A stretch of 64,000 nt of DNA from Myxococcota bacterium (GCA_039194325.1 JBCCWC010000012.1:32001-96000), one strand, 5' to 3'. Counted from the stretch's first letter, positions 29,700 through 39,923 are shown. The notes: a model not told the origin generated them from the letters alone. A program made the numbers and translations.

Positions 29700-30319
29700 C
29701 GCGATCGGTCTTTGGCCAGGAGCTCGCGGACCGACGCCGACCAGCGCTCGAGGTCACCCATTGTGGACTGCAGCTGATCGGGCGTACGCGCCAGCCGATG
29801 CAGCTGCGCCTCGAGCGACTGCCGAGCCGAGCGCAACCGGGTGCGGGCCGTGCCCTCGGGGACGCCCAGCACCGCGGCCAGCTCGCGACCGGTCATCTGC
29901 TCCCAGTAGACCAGCTCGAGCAAGATCTGCTCGTCGATCGGGATCGAGCGTAGCGCCTCGAGCAGCAGCTTTTGCTCCTCGCGGTGAGCGAGCATACGGG
30001 TGGGGGTGACCCCCATGGAGGTCACCGACAGGCGCTGCGTATCGAGCGAGGCGTGCTCGCGCCGGCGAGATCCGTAGTGGTCGGCCAGCACATTGCGGGC
30101 GATCCGAAACAGGTAGGCGCGAAAGCTAGCCTGGTTACGGATCGCGTCCTTGGACTGGGCGCAGCGCAAGAACGTGCCCTGGACCAGATCGTCGATGTCG
30201 TCGCCGGCCTTGTTGCGAAAGAAGCGATAGACCGGATCGAAGTAGCGCTCGGCCAACCGGCGACCCGCCGCCTGGTCACCACTGCGCCAGGCCGTCAGGA
30301 GCTCCGCGTCATCGGACAC
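29696..30319 (-). CDS. ECF sigma factor
   Basis: DDLVQGTF, FRAYLFRIARN, ELAAVLGVPEGTARTRLRSAR. Confidence 0.92.
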   Translation of the reverse strand: MSDDAELLTAWRSGDQAAGRRLAERYFDPVYRFFRNKAGDDIDDLVQGTFLRCAQSKDAIRNQASFRAYLFRIARNVLADHYGSRRREHASLDTQRLSVTSMGVTPTRMLAHREEQKLLLEALRSIPIDEQILLELVYWEQMTGRELAAVLGVPEGTARTRLRSARQSLEAQLHRLARTPDQLQSTMGDLERWSASVRELLAKDRSR

Positions 30320-30358
30320 TCGGGAGCACGATAGCACGGAAGCATGCGATGTCGATGC

Positions 30359-31237
30359 TCACGGGAAGCACTCGAACATGAAGCCCTGGGAGGTCACCGT
30401 GTTGCCCTCCATGTCGAAGGCTCGGAGCCACAGGCTCGCCGGCCCTACGTCGATGCACTCGGCGGACGAGGTCTCGACCAGCTGCAGCGCCCCGGCGGCA
30501 TCGAAGACCGGCGTATGGACGAGCAGGGGGCCCTTGCTCTGGACCAAGACGTGATCGATCCTCGAGTCGTTGCCGTCGAATCCCTGGAGATCGGGCTCCT
30601 CGACGTCGATCTCGATGTCGAATGGCTGACCTATCTGGGGTGGACCCATCATGGAGAACACATTGACCAGCGGGGCGAGCGAGTCCGTGACGTCGGCTCC
30701 GGCATGTAGCGTCGTCTGGCCTCCCGAAGCCGCAAAAAAGGTACAGCTCACGCTCGGACCGCGGTTCTTGCCCGTCTGCTGCCAGGTGATCACCTGCTGG
30801 AACTGGAACGGAGGGAAGGCAACGCTGCCCTGGAACGTACTGATGGTCGGATCACCACCACCAACCGAGATCTCGAACTTTCCCGGTTGACTGGCTGTGC
30901 AGGTGGCCACGGTGGGTGCGGTCTCGCTGACCGATTGTGGGGTGAGCGAGAAGTTCAAGTCGGGCCCGGGCGGCGGGGCCATGGCCCCGAAGACCGCGGA
31001 GTCCTCCGATGCGGAGGGGCGTCGATGCACGGTCATCGAGGACAGGGCCGAGTCCAGCACGGAGGTGCCACCCGAATACGAAATGCCATGACCGGGGAGG
31101 CATCCGGTGGCCACCATAGCGGCGCCAGCGACCAGCCACGGCGTGGTTCGATCACCGAGCAGCGATGCACCATGGCGGATGGTCCGCGCCACGGCAGAAC
31201 ATGCGTTGAATGGTCGAGAACGATGAGGGATCTGCAT
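30359..31237 (-). CDS. Hypothetical exported/lipoprotein
   Basis: Hydrophobic stretch ending ATGC; beta-rich sequence. Confidence 0.6.
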   Translation of the reverse strand: MQIPHRSRPFNACSAVARTIRHGASLLGDRTTPWLVAGAAMVATGCLPGHGISYSGGTSVLDSALSSMTVHRRPSASEDSAVFGAMAPPPGPDLNFSLTPQSVSETAPTVATCTASQPGKFEISVGGGDPTISTFQGSVAFPPFQFQQVITWQQTGKNRGPSVSCTFFAASGGQTTLHAGADVTDSLAPLVNVFSMMGPPQIGQPFDIEIDVEEPDLQGFDGNDSRIDHVLVQSKGPLLVHTPVFDAAGALQLVETSSAECIDVGPASLWLRAFDMEGNTVTSQGFMFECFP

Positions 31238-31409
31238 GGTTGTCTCTTCGAGGAGGCTCGGCCGTCGCTCGCAGCGAGGTTGCTGCGGCTCGGCTCGGCT
31301 CGGGGGTGAAGACGGCAGGCCCCTCGGGGTCGATTGCAAAAAGTCGACAGGCCGGGGCCAGAGCGAGATCGCTCGGCTGCCCGGCCCGTCCCGAAGCCGT
31401 ACCGCTTGC

Positions 31410-32864
31410 CTACGCCAGCAGCAGCGACATGTCGTGCTGCCCGTCGAAGCTCACCCCCATCGCCTGGCACACCAAACTATAGATATGCCCTTCCCGCAGC
31501 AAGATCCCCGGATCGGGATCCCCCGTCCGCAGATCGAACCCATACGTCAGCAGCGTATCCGGATCGATCCCCCCCCACACCCGGTTGCCATCGAGTAACG
31601 GCGAGACGAGCAGCGCCCCGTTGTTGAGGTGGTGCCCGGTGCCGAAGCTCCCCTGCCCCGCCGGCCGCTGCCTCGTGCGACCAAAGTCCGTCGCCACGTA
31701 CACCAGGCTGTGATCCCACATGGTGCCCTCCCCCATGGGCGCACCTTGCAGCAGCGTGATCAGCCCGTCGACCGCGTTCATCATGCGACCCCACATCACG
31801 TTCTGCGCCACCACGTGATCGGTGTGTGAGAAGTCGAAGGCCAGCGGCGTGCCTTCGAGGCCATCCGCGCTGGTCTCGGGGGTAAAGCGCGCCCCGAAGG
31901 TCACGGCCGAGGCCACCCCGTAGCGCGCCAGCAAGAACGACAGCCCCGCCTGCATCTGCAGCGGATCGGTGAGCAGGCGCGGGAACACGGCCTGCAGCTC
32001 GTCGAGCAATGGGCTGGGCTGCAAGCCAAAGGGCGCCAGATCGATGAGCTCCTCGGGCACTATCATCAGCGACGTGATCAGATCCGCCGCCTCGAGCGCG
32101 GGCACGGTGTCGGCCTGAAGGTCGAGCAAGCGCTGCCGCAAGGCGCTGTGGCCGTAGCGCTGGCCATGCGCCGAAGCCCCTTCGAGCTCGGCCCGCGCGG
32201 CCCGGGCCCGCTGCACCAGCGCTTCGCCGGGCGCTCCGGGCAGGCCGCGAGTGCCATGGGTCCCCACCGCAAAGGTCAGCGGATCGGCGATGAGCTCCGC
32301 CCGCGCTCGGGCCGGGAGCGACTCGTCGTCCCCCGGCTCGATGAACCCCCCGGTCGCGAGGTTGCAATTGGGCAGCAGCCCCCCGTCGTGGACCGTGGCC
32401 ATGGCCTCCATCAGCGTGCGCCCGCGGTTGATCCCCGCCCCGTTGATCGCCCGCTTTTGGGCGATCGCATGGTTGACGCTGGTGTTCTCGACCGGCACCA
32501 CCACCATGTCCTGGTAGTACTTGGTCAAGAAGGTATTGAGGTCGTAGTCGGTGGTGAACAGCCCGGTGATCCCCAGGTTGGTCACACACCGCAGGTTGGA
32601 GCCGGCCGGCTGGGCGATCACCGCGTCGGGAAAGACGGTCAGCGTGTCAGCCAGCGCGGCGCTGGAGACCTCGCTTTGGGCGACCGGCCAGAACCCATCG
32701 ACGATGTTGGCACCGCCGGACGCGGCCACCACGAACAAGAACCGAGGCGGGTCACCAGCACCTCCCGCGTGGGCGCGGGGCACGATCTCCAGACCGCCGG
32801 GGAGGCTGAGGGTCGTGGCCGCCGCCGCGGTGCTTCGCAAGAATCCTCTACGAGTCAGGGACAT
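31410..32864 (-). CDS. Tat-exported DUF1501/DUF1552-like protein
   Basis: TRRGFL Tat motif, FDFSHTDH, VATDFGRT, GTGHH, GNRVWGG. Confidence 0.75.
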   Translation of the reverse strand: MSLTRRGFLRSTAAAATTLSLPGGLEIVPRAHAGGAGDPPRFLFVVAASGGANIVDGFWPVAQSEVSSAALADTLTVFPDAVIAQPAGSNLRCVTNLGITGLFTTDYDLNTFLTKYYQDMVVVPVENTSVNHAIAQKRAINGAGINRGRTLMEAMATVHDGGLLPNCNLATGGFIEPGDDESLPARARAELIADPLTFAVGTHGTRGLPGAPGEALVQRARAARAELEGASAHGQRYGHSALRQRLLDLQADTVPALEAADLITSLMIVPEELIDLAPFGLQPSPLLDELQAVFPRLLTDPLQMQAGLSFLLARYGVASAVTFGARFTPETSADGLEGTPLAFDFSHTDHVVAQNVMWGRMMNAVDGLITLLQGAPMGEGTMWDHSLVYVATDFGRTRQRPAGQGSFGTGHHLNNGALLVSPLLDGNRVWGGIDPDTLLTYGFDLRTGDPDPGILLREGHIYSLVCQAMGVSFDGQHDMSLLLA

Positions 32865-32894
32865 GACGATCTCCTTGATCTAGCAGGTGGTGGC

Positions 32895-33647
32895 CTAGAA
32901 GGTGGCGGCCTCGGTGGTGGTGCCGATCGCAAAGCAGGCGAGCGTGCCAAACTGCTGCGGGGTGGTGTCTTGAGCCAGCGCGGCGATGATCTCGACCTCC
33001 TCGCTGGTAGGCTCGCGGGACAGCAGGCGCCGATAGAGCAGCGAGATCTGCTCCTCCACCGCCTCGTCACTGGGGTCGAGGCCGGGACCGTTCAGATCGA
33101 TCGCGGTGAAGACCTCGGGCGCTCCACCAGCATCGAGGGCCACCCGCCGGATACAGGCGGCCATCACCATGCGCTCCATCGCGATGGGGGTGGTCGCCAG
33201 CGGCTCGGCCACGGGGCGGTAGAGGTTGAGGTTGAAGGCCTCGTTGGCCCCTAGCGGCAGGCGGTGCACGTCGCGACAGGGCAAGACACCCACCTCGGTG
33301 CAGACCTCGGCGGGCGTCAGCACCAACGCCTGGCGTAGATCCGCCTCGAACCCATCGAGGCGCTTCCACAGCAGCGGCTCGGGCACGGGGGCCTCGCTCG
33401 CCGGGGCGCACTCGGCTGGCTCGCCGTCGTCGCTGCTGTCGCCAGTATCAGCCGTCGAGCCCGTCGAGTCGGCCGAGTCCGATGGGCCCGAGGGTGCCGC
33501 GCTGGTGGTGCCGCTGCTGCCGCCGTCCGCTTGCGGCCCGCCATCGTCCCTACAGGCCGGCGCGAGCAGCAGCAGACTCACCCAAGCGAGCGCGGCGGTG
33601 AAGGTGGTGGCTCGTCCGTCCATCGATCCGGTCATCGATCCGGTCAT
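32895..33647 (-). CDS. Hypothetical lipoprotein
   Basis: LAPAC lipobox, Ser/Thr linker, LYRRLLSREP; start overlaps upstream stop. Confidence 0.75.
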   Translation of the reverse strand: MTGSMTGSMDGRATTFTAALAWVSLLLLAPACRDDGGPQADGGSSGTTSAAPSGPSDSADSTGSTADTGDSSDDGEPAECAPASEAPVPEPLLWKRLDGFEADLRQALVLTPAEVCTEVGVLPCRDVHRLPLGANEAFNLNLYRPVAEPLATTPIAMERMVMAACIRRVALDAGGAPEVFTAIDLNGPGLDPSDEAVEEQISLLYRRLLSREPTSEEVEIIAALAQDTTPQQFGTLACFAIGTTTEAATF

Positions 33648-35035
33648 CGGTCTCCTCCAAAGGCTCGGGTGTCCACCAGCCGGTGGATCATGCGCTCGGC
33701 TTGCCACTGCTCGTCGGGTAACGACTGCCACAAAGCATCGAACTCCGCCTGCTCATCGACCGCCGGCCCACGGCCCAGCGCGTGCTGGTAGAGCATGGCG
33801 ACCACGTTGCGCGCGAACATGTCGCTATTGGCCGCCGTGTCGGCCCACGTGGGCACGTCGTCGACCGCCTGGCCCAGGATGAAGGTCTGGTCGTCGCTCC
33901 AGCCCGGGATCTCGTTTTGGGGCCGGTTTGCCCGCCACGTGCCCGTCGAAGGGCCGGCGATCCCCTCGTAGTAGGCAAAGGCATACGAGAGCGGATCGAG
34001 GGTGCTGTGGCACGACGCACACTCGCCCTCGGCGACCCCGCTGGCGTCCACGTCGACCGGCTCCCCCGTCACCGGCCAAAGCCCCTGCTGCTGCGCGATG
34101 TCCTGGCCTAGGTAGGCTCGATACGCCTGCGCCGCGGTGGTCCGGGGCAGCCCGCTGAACATGGTGTTGCGGGCCAGAAACCATTGCGTAGTGATCATCC
34201 CGGCGCGGTACTGTGGCGCGAGCGGCTGGCCGCCAACGCCACCGCCCTGCACGCCCTGCACCGGCGTCAGCGCGCCGTTTTGCTCGATCACGTGGTAGTC
34301 GGCCCGCAGCAGATCCCGTACGTCGCGGTCGCCGGTCATGATGTAGCGAAACAGCCGGTAGTCCCACTCGTAGTCGGCGATCGTGATCCCGATCGTGGTG
34401 TCGGCCCCCACCGACGCGATCGGGGTGATGAGCGGATCGGCCAGCCGCGGCAGGGCCTGGACCTGCCAGTAGTCGCTGGCCAGGCACTCGTCGAGCTGGG
34501 TGTGCACGCGCTCATGCAAGGTCGCCGGCTCGGGGTCGTCACCATCGAAGGCGTCGAGCTCGTCCCAGGTGGGCGAGCGGCCGCAGTAGAGCACCATCGA
34601 ACGCTGCAGGGCGCGTCGGAAGTCGTAGTCCACGGGCACGAGCGCATCGGGATCCAGCGACGGCAAACACCAGGGCCAGGCGTCTTCGTCCCGCCCCGGG
34701 TTGGTGCCCAGCGCCAGCTCGTCGATGTTGAGCACGCCATCGCCGTCGGAGTCTTGCTCTTCGACCGCGAGCAAGGCCTCCACCAAGCCCGCGTCGAAGC
34801 CCTCGTCGGGCAGCGCCCCGTAGACCGCGGCGCCGTAGGCGTTCCAGGTCGGGGGCCAGGTGGAATCGTGGCAGGTGGCGCAGTCCAGCAGCCGCCCGCG
34901 ACACTCGGGGATCTCCCCGTAGGTCTGGCAGGCCAGCGACGGCCCGGTCGGTCGAGCGTGGGCGGTCTCGGCGAAGATCGATCCCGCCAGCACCAGCGGT
35001 ATCGTCGCGCCGAGGGATCCCGTTCGGCAGAGCAT
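33644..35035 (-). CDS. Exported protein with two CxxCH motifs (DUF1585/1588-like)
   Basis: Signal peptide AHA; CATCH and CASCH; DSDGDG; ALGRGP. Confidence 0.75.
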   Translation of the reverse strand: MLCRTGSLGATIPLVLAGSIFAETAHARPTGPSLACQTYGEIPECRGRLLDCATCHDSTWPPTWNAYGAAVYGALPDEGFDAGLVEALLAVEEQDSDGDGVLNIDELALGTNPGRDEDAWPWCLPSLDPDALVPVDYDFRRALQRSMVLYCGRSPTWDELDAFDGDDPEPATLHERVHTQLDECLASDYWQVQALPRLADPLITPIASVGADTTIGITIADYEWDYRLFRYIMTGDRDVRDLLRADYHVIEQNGALTPVQGVQGGGVGGQPLAPQYRAGMITTQWFLARNTMFSGLPRTTAAQAYRAYLGQDIAQQQGLWPVTGEPVDVDASGVAEGECASCHSTLDPLSYAFAYYEGIAGPSTGTWRANRPQNEIPGWSDDQTFILGQAVDDVPTWADTAANSDMFARNVVAMLYQHALGRGPAVDEQAEFDALWQSLPDEQWQAERMIHRLVDTRAFGGDR

Positions 35036-35048
35036 GCTTTCAGGGTAG

Positions 35049-35064
35049 AGCGAAGTTCGTGCCA
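35049..35064 (-). promoter_or_regulatory. Putative sigma-54 promoter
   Basis: TGGCACGAACTTCGCT on the minus strand just upstream of ATG 35035. Confidence 0.65.
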
Positions 35065-35212
35065 AGTGGGATCCGATAGGGATGAGCCAGGCGGGCCGGA
35101 CGACGCCAGGGCCGGGCGACTCGAACCTGTAGGTTCGAGCCGCGGATCGTCGGATCGATCCCACAGATAGCGCATCGCGCGACGCTCGGTTTCGGCACCC
35201 CTACGTTCGCCC

Positions 35213-35680
35213 TCATAGGTACGGGTGCGCGGCAAAGCGCTCTTGGAGCATTTCCACGAAGCGGCGCGCTCGGTGCGGTAAGAACCGGCGGCTGGGATAG
35301 AGCGCCACCACCTCCAGTGGCGGCGGCGGGTAGTCGGGCAGCAGCACCCGGAGACGACCGGCATCGATGTCGTGCCCCACCAACCAGGTGGCCAGCATGG
35401 CGATCCCGACCCCTGCCGCGCGAGCTGGCCGAGCACCTGTCCGTTGTCGGCGACCAACCGTGGCTCGACCTATACCGTACGCTCGCCGGCCTTGCTCGTG
35501 AACGTCCAGCGGGCTCGGTGGCCCCGACTGCCGGCATACACAAGGCACGCATGCTCTCGCAGCGCGTCCGGCTCGGTCGGGGTCCCGTGCTCCTCGAGAA
35601 ACGCAGGCGAGGCCACCAACGCACGACGGGTCACCCCCAGCTTGCGCGCCACCAGGCTCGTGTCATCGACCGGCCCACCT
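35213..35680 (-). pseudogene. LysR substrate-binding domain remnant
   Basis: DTSLVARKL...HGTPTEPDALREHACL, in-frame TAG at 35470-35472, a frameshift, then GVGIAML...GRLRVLLPDY...RARRFVE; no HTH. Confidence 0.85.
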
Positions 35681-35826
35681 CCTCGGCGATCCGCGGCGAC
35701 CAGTTGGTGGTGGTGAGCAGCCAGCTCGACCACATCGTCGACGACGAGAACGGAGCGCTGGGGACTCCGCCGGACCTGCCCTTCATGCTCGTCTCGGTAC
35801 CCCCCATGGGGCTGCTGGAGGACTAG
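35668..35826 (+). pseudogene. 3' fragment of an unidentified gene
   Basis: Protein-like C-terminus PTSSAIRGDQLVVVSSQLDH...PFMLVSVP with no start. Confidence 0.45.
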
Positions 35827-35865
35827 AGGGCACCGCGAGGCTACGCGCGCTCGAGCGGTGCGTGC

Positions 35866-36468
35866 TCAGGGCTCGCTGCGCACATGCGGAGGCAGAGGCG
35901 AAGGCACCGGAGAGCGGGCTCGGAACCCGGCCAGCAGGGCCCGGACCGCGTCGTCGAGCCCGGTGTCGATCGCCGCGAGTCGCCCCGGCCCCCGCGCCAG
36001 CTCGATGCGACCATGGAGAAAGGCCCACAGCGTGAAGGCAGCCGCGTCGCCGCTGCCCGGCACCGCCGCTTCGACCCGGGCGTGCATCAACCGCCATAGC
36101 TCCATCCAGGTGCCTCGGGCGGGGTGATCCGGCGGTGGCTTGCCTTCGATGATCGCACGGTACGCGTGGGGTCGCCGCTCCGCGAACCGAACGTAGCGCC
36201 GAGCGAGCTGCACGACGAACGCGTCGGCATCGCCAGCGTCGACGCGCCGCGCCCCCCGAAAGCTCTGACCCAGCTGCCGAGTGGCAGCCTCCCCCATCGC
36301 CATGACCAAGCCCGCTCGATCGCCCACGTAGCGGTAGAGCGCGTTGGCCGTCACCCCCAGCTCACGCGCCACGTCCCGCAGCGTCCACCGCTCCCAGCCC
36401 TTGGCCTCGGCAACCGTCAGCGCACGAGCACCGAGCTCCTGGGGATCGATCTGCGCGGGATAGGGCAC
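35866..36468 (-). CDS. TetR family regulator
   Basis: TLRDVARELGVTANALYRY HTH; LWAFLHG. Confidence 0.9.
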   Translation of the reverse strand: MPYPAQIDPQELGARALTVAEAKGWERWTLRDVARELGVTANALYRYVGDRAGLVMAMGEAATRQLGQSFRGARRVDAGDADAFVVQLARRYVRFAERRPHAYRAIIEGKPPPDHPARGTWMELWRLMHARVEAAVPGSGDAAAFTLWAFLHGRIELARGPGRLAAIDTGLDDAVRALLAGFRARSPVPSPLPPHVRSEP

Positions 36469-36563
36469 GGCTACGGTACGAGCGACCGGTGGCGGCAGGC
36501 GACAACAAGTAGCCGGTGGCAACGAGCGACCGGCGGTAAGGCGCGGTTGGAGGTCGTTGGATG

Positions 36564-36611
36564 AAGGTTGACAGAGTATATCTTGTTGGTAAAGTCTACA
36601 GCGTACACCTT
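36564..36611 (+). promoter_or_regulatory. Sigma-70 promoter with tandem putative TetR operators
   Basis: TTGACA-N16-TAAAGT overlapped by related sites GTTGACAGAGTATATC and GTCTACAGCGTACACC. Confidence 0.6.
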
Positions 36612-36624
36612 CAGGGAACCCCCG

Positions 36625-38031
36625 ATGCCCGAGCCATCCCCCGTATTGATCACCGAGGCCACCTACGGACTCGGGCGCCAAACCGCACTCGAGCTTGCTC
36701 GGCGGGGACGCGATGTGATCGTCAGTGGTCGCCGCCTCGACGTCACGACGGCGCTGTGCGCCGAGATCAAGCAGCTTACGCCCAGCCGAGCCAAGCCGCT
36801 GGTCGCCGACCTCGCCGATCTTCGCGCTGTTAGCGCTGCCTGCGACACACTCGGCGATCAGCCGCTGCACGGGATCGTCACCCACGCCGGGTTCACCACC
36901 CTCAGGGATCAGCGCAGCGTCGATGGCTATGAGCTGACGTTCGCCATCAACGTGCTTGCCCACCACCTGCTGCTGGACCGCCTTGTCGACCAAGTCGTCG
37001 ACGGCGGGCGCATCGTGGTGCTCAACAGCGGCGTGCACGAGCCCGACCACCGGCTCGCACAACCCTCGGCACTCCCTATACCTCGCTGGGTCGGCGCCCG
37101 GGCCCTCGCCCGGCCCGATCGCACGCCGCGCTCTCTTCGTATGCACCCGGGCCCTCAGCGCTACGGTGCCGCCAAGCTCGGCAACGTGCTGCAAGCCCGT
37201 GGCTTCCAGGCCCGCCTGCGCGCGGCCAAGCAATCGGTCGACGTCTTTGCCCTCGCTTCGGGCGACACCTGTCCGGCACGCGAGACTTCTGCCTCGAAGC
37301 GGTGGAGCTTTCGGTGCCTCGGCCGCCTGCGCCGTAGGAGCTCCCTCTTGGGGGGGACCCCGCGATGCTCTGCGGTCTCGGCCGGGCTGGTGGCCTCGCT
37401 GGTCGAAGACGCCAAATGGAACGGCTGGGGGTTCGCCTACCTCGAAGGGAATCGGATCGAGTCTCCGCCTCCCGATGCGCTACGCGAGGAGCTCATCGCC
37501 GAGCTGTTCTACGACGCCGCGTCGATGCTCGCGCTCGAGCCCGAACACGAGCCCAAACACGAACCAATCGAGGAGCCTCGCCCGCAAGACCCCGGGGCCC
37601 CGAGTACACCCGAACTTCAACATCCGATCTGCCCCGAGCCTGCGGCTCGTCTGCATCCGAATGACCCGAGCTCCGCCACCGGGCGACAGCCGAGCTCCAG
37701 CTCGCCGCTTCGGGCTCCACGGCCCGCTTCTGCGCACGTGTCGTTGGGCGACGGTCGAGCGGAGGCTCACCGAGCAGAGGCTCACCGAGCGGAGGCTCAC
37801 CGAGCGGAGGCTCACCGAGCGGTCGCGCGGCGTGAGTATGGCCGCCGTGACCGCTTTGGCCAGATCGAAGCGGAGGTTCTGGACGACCAACTGATGCAGC
37901 TCACCGTGCCCCCCAGCGAACACGACACCCGCCCCGCCTCCGACGGCGAGCTCGGTGAGTCCCCCCCCGATTCATCTCGCCACCGACGACTGCTGCCGAT
38001 CAGCGGAGTGTACGAGCTGGTGCCCTGGTGA
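36625..38031 (+). CDS. Degenerate SDR oxidoreductase with long C-terminal extension
   Basis: VLITEATYGLG, ADLADL, DGYELTFAINVLAH, YGAAK. Confidence 0.75.
   Translation: MPEPSPVLITEATYGLGRQTALELARRGRDVIVSGRRLDVTTALCAEIKQLTPSRAKPLVADLADLRAVSAACDTLGDQPLHGIVTHAGFTTLRDQRSVDGYELTFAINVLAHHLLLDRLVDQVVDGGRIVVLNSGVHEPDHRLAQPSALPIPRWVGARALARPDRTPRSLRMHPGPQRYGAAKLGNVLQARGFQARLRAAKQSVDVFALASGDTCPARETSASKRWSFRCLGRLRRRSSLLGGTPRCSAVSAGLVASLVEDAKWNGWGFAYLEGNRIESPPPDALREELIAELFYDAASMLALEPEHEPKHEPIEEPRPQDPGAPSTPELQHPICPEPAARLHPNDPSSATGRQPSSSSPLRAPRPASAHVSLGDGRAEAHRAEAHRAEAHRAEAHRAVARREYGRRDRFGQIEAEVLDDQLMQLTVPPSEHDTRPASDGELGESPPDSSRHRRLLPISGVYELVPW
37756..37822. repeat. 15-bp tandem repeat CGAGCGGAGGCTCAC x4.5
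   Basis: Encodes (RAEAH)4. Confidence 0.95.
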
Positions 38032-38061
38032 GGGGAGGCATGGCTCGAATGCCTGGTGGTC

Positions 38062-38907
38062 TCAGGTGCCCGCGAAGCGGGCGGTGATCCACTTTTGCAT
38101 GCCCGGTCGCTCGTTGGCCGCGGGCCCGGGGCTGACGTGCGTCGAGACGTCGCGCTCGTGGAATGAGAGCGACTCGCCGTCGGCGGGGATGTGTACGCGA
38201 TCGATGAGGCCCTCGGCCTCCATCCGCTCGCGTAGCTGCGCGCGCGTGGTGGGGCAGTGGTCGAGCGCCTCGAGGTGGTTGAACACCATATGGCCCGGCG
38301 CGAGCCGAGTGAGCTCGACGAGCTGATCCACCGAGAACAGGATGTTGCCGCCCAGTCCCATGTTGGCCGAGCCGGCCGGGGCCAGGATCACATCGGGGCG
38401 AAGGCGCGTGACCGCATCGATCACGCTGGGGGTCATGATCGTATCCCCCGTGACGTAGAGGCTGGGCTCGTCCGGGTGGGCGAAGTAGTAGCCAGCCACC
38501 GGCCCCATCAGCCAGCCCAAGAGGCCCCGGCCGTGGCGCGAGCGGATCACCTCGAAGCGCATGCCGAGGGCGCCGTCCTCGAGCAAGCGAGCCTTCAGCC
38601 CCTTGCGGCGCAGGTTGGGCGCGTCTACCCCGTTGGCCCACACCGGCAAGCCGCGCTCCTTGATCCACTGGAGGGCGGGGCGATCGAAGTGGTCCGGGTG
38701 CTCGTGGGTGATCACCACCGCGGTGGCCGAGTCGAGCGCGGCCGCAGCCTCGGGAGGCAGCGGCACCAGCGGGTTGCGACGCCGCCCGCCGCCGAACAGC
38801 TTGAAGCCCGGCATCGCGCTCTGCTCGGACAACATGGGATCGACCAACAGGCGGTGCTCGCCGATCGACAACAGGGCGGTGGCGTTGCGGATGTGCTGGA
38901 TCTGCAT
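38062..38907 (-). CDS. MBL-fold metallo-hydrolase
   Basis: IRNAT, LLVDPML, THEHPDHFD, YVTGDT, NHLEALDHC. Confidence 0.93.
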   Translation of the reverse strand: MQIQHIRNATALLSIGEHRLLVDPMLSEQSAMPGFKLFGGGRRRNPLVPLPPEAAAALDSATAVVITHEHPDHFDRPALQWIKERGLPVWANGVDAPNLRRKGLKARLLEDGALGMRFEVIRSRHGRGLLGWLMGPVAGYYFAHPDEPSLYVTGDTIMTPSVIDAVTRLRPDVILAPAGSANMGLGGNILFSVDQLVELTRLAPGHMVFNHLEALDHCPTTRAQLRERMEAEGLIDRVHIPADGESLSFHERDVSTHVSPGPAANERPGMQKWITARFAGT

Positions 38908-38928
38908 GGCTGTCGGTAGCTTGGCGCT

Positions 38929-38981
38929 TGCAAAAAAGGATGACTATGGCTAATAATGGAAGCTAGCCATCCGTTTTTGCA
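38929..38981. promoter_or_regulatory. Putative LysR-binding inverted repeat in divergent promoter
   Basis: TGCAAAAAAGGATG ... CATCCGTTTTTGCA. Confidence 0.6.
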
Positions 38982-39847
38982 TGGTCACCGAACTCCAGTG
39001 GGATCTGCTGCGAACCTTCGAAACGGTCGCCCGTCGGGGCAGCCTGACCGCGGCCGCGAAGACCCTGGGGGTCAGCCAGTCGACGGTCAGCCGGCACCTG
39101 GCCCAGCTAGAGGAGGACGCGGGCTCGCCCCTGCTGCTGCGCGAGTCTCCCGTGCGGCTGACCCAGCGCGGCGAAGCGCTACTCACTGCGGTCACGCCCA
39201 TGGTCGACGCGGCGCTGGCCGCTCAGGCCGCGCTCGAGCAGACGCCCGAGCTGCGCGGGCAGGTGACGGTGACCACCGTCGGCGAGGTGCTGCGCTGGGT
39301 GCTGGCGCCATGGCTCGACGCGTTCTACCGGGCGTATCCGCACCTGCGGCTGCGCTTGCTGGCCGACAATCAGGTCAGCAGCCTGGCCGCAGGCGAGGCC
39401 GACGTGGCCCTGCGGATGTTTAGGCCCGCACGGGGTGATCTGGTGGCCCGACGGGTGGGCACGGAGTCCTATGCGTTCTATGCCGCGTGCACGCTCAAGC
39501 TCGGCGACGAGGTGCCGTGGTTGGGGCTGACTGGATCGCTGGCGGAGATCCCGGAGCAGCAGCATGCACAGCGAGCATTCGACTCGCGGCCGCCCCGGCT
39601 GCTGGTCGAAGATGTCGAGGCGCTGGGGATAACTGTAGAAGCAGGGCTGGGGGTGGCCGTGCTGCCGCAAGGACTGGCACAGCGGCTCGATCAAGTGGTG
39701 GAGGTGGAGCCCGAGTGCGTCGGAGCGCGGGATCTGGGGCCGATCGCGACGCGGGAGTTTTGGATGGTGGTGCACCGAAGCAAGCAACGGCTACCGAAGG
39801 TAAGGGCGGTGATGGAGTGGTTGGAGGAGGCGATGGGTAGTGACTAG
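38981..39847 (+). CDS. LysR family regulator
   Basis: WDLLRTF, GSLTAAAKTLGVSQSTVSRHLAQLE, EADVALR. Confidence 0.93.
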   Translation: MVTELQWDLLRTFETVARRGSLTAAAKTLGVSQSTVSRHLAQLEEDAGSPLLLRESPVRLTQRGEALLTAVTPMVDAALAAQAALEQTPELRGQVTVTTVGEVLRWVLAPWLDAFYRAYPHLRLRLLADNQVSSLAAGEADVALRMFRPARGDLVARRVGTESYAFYAACTLKLGDEVPWLGLTGSLAEIPEQQHAQRAFDSRPPRLLVEDVEALGITVEAGLGVAVLPQGLAQRLDQVVEVEPECVGARDLGPIATREFWMVVHRSKQRLPKVRAVMEWLEEAMGSD

Positions 39848-39923
39848 CTCATCATACGTTGGGCTCCTGCAGCCAACTCCCGATCGATTTTGCCATCCGC
39901 CCCCAACAATCCGAGCTCCAGCA

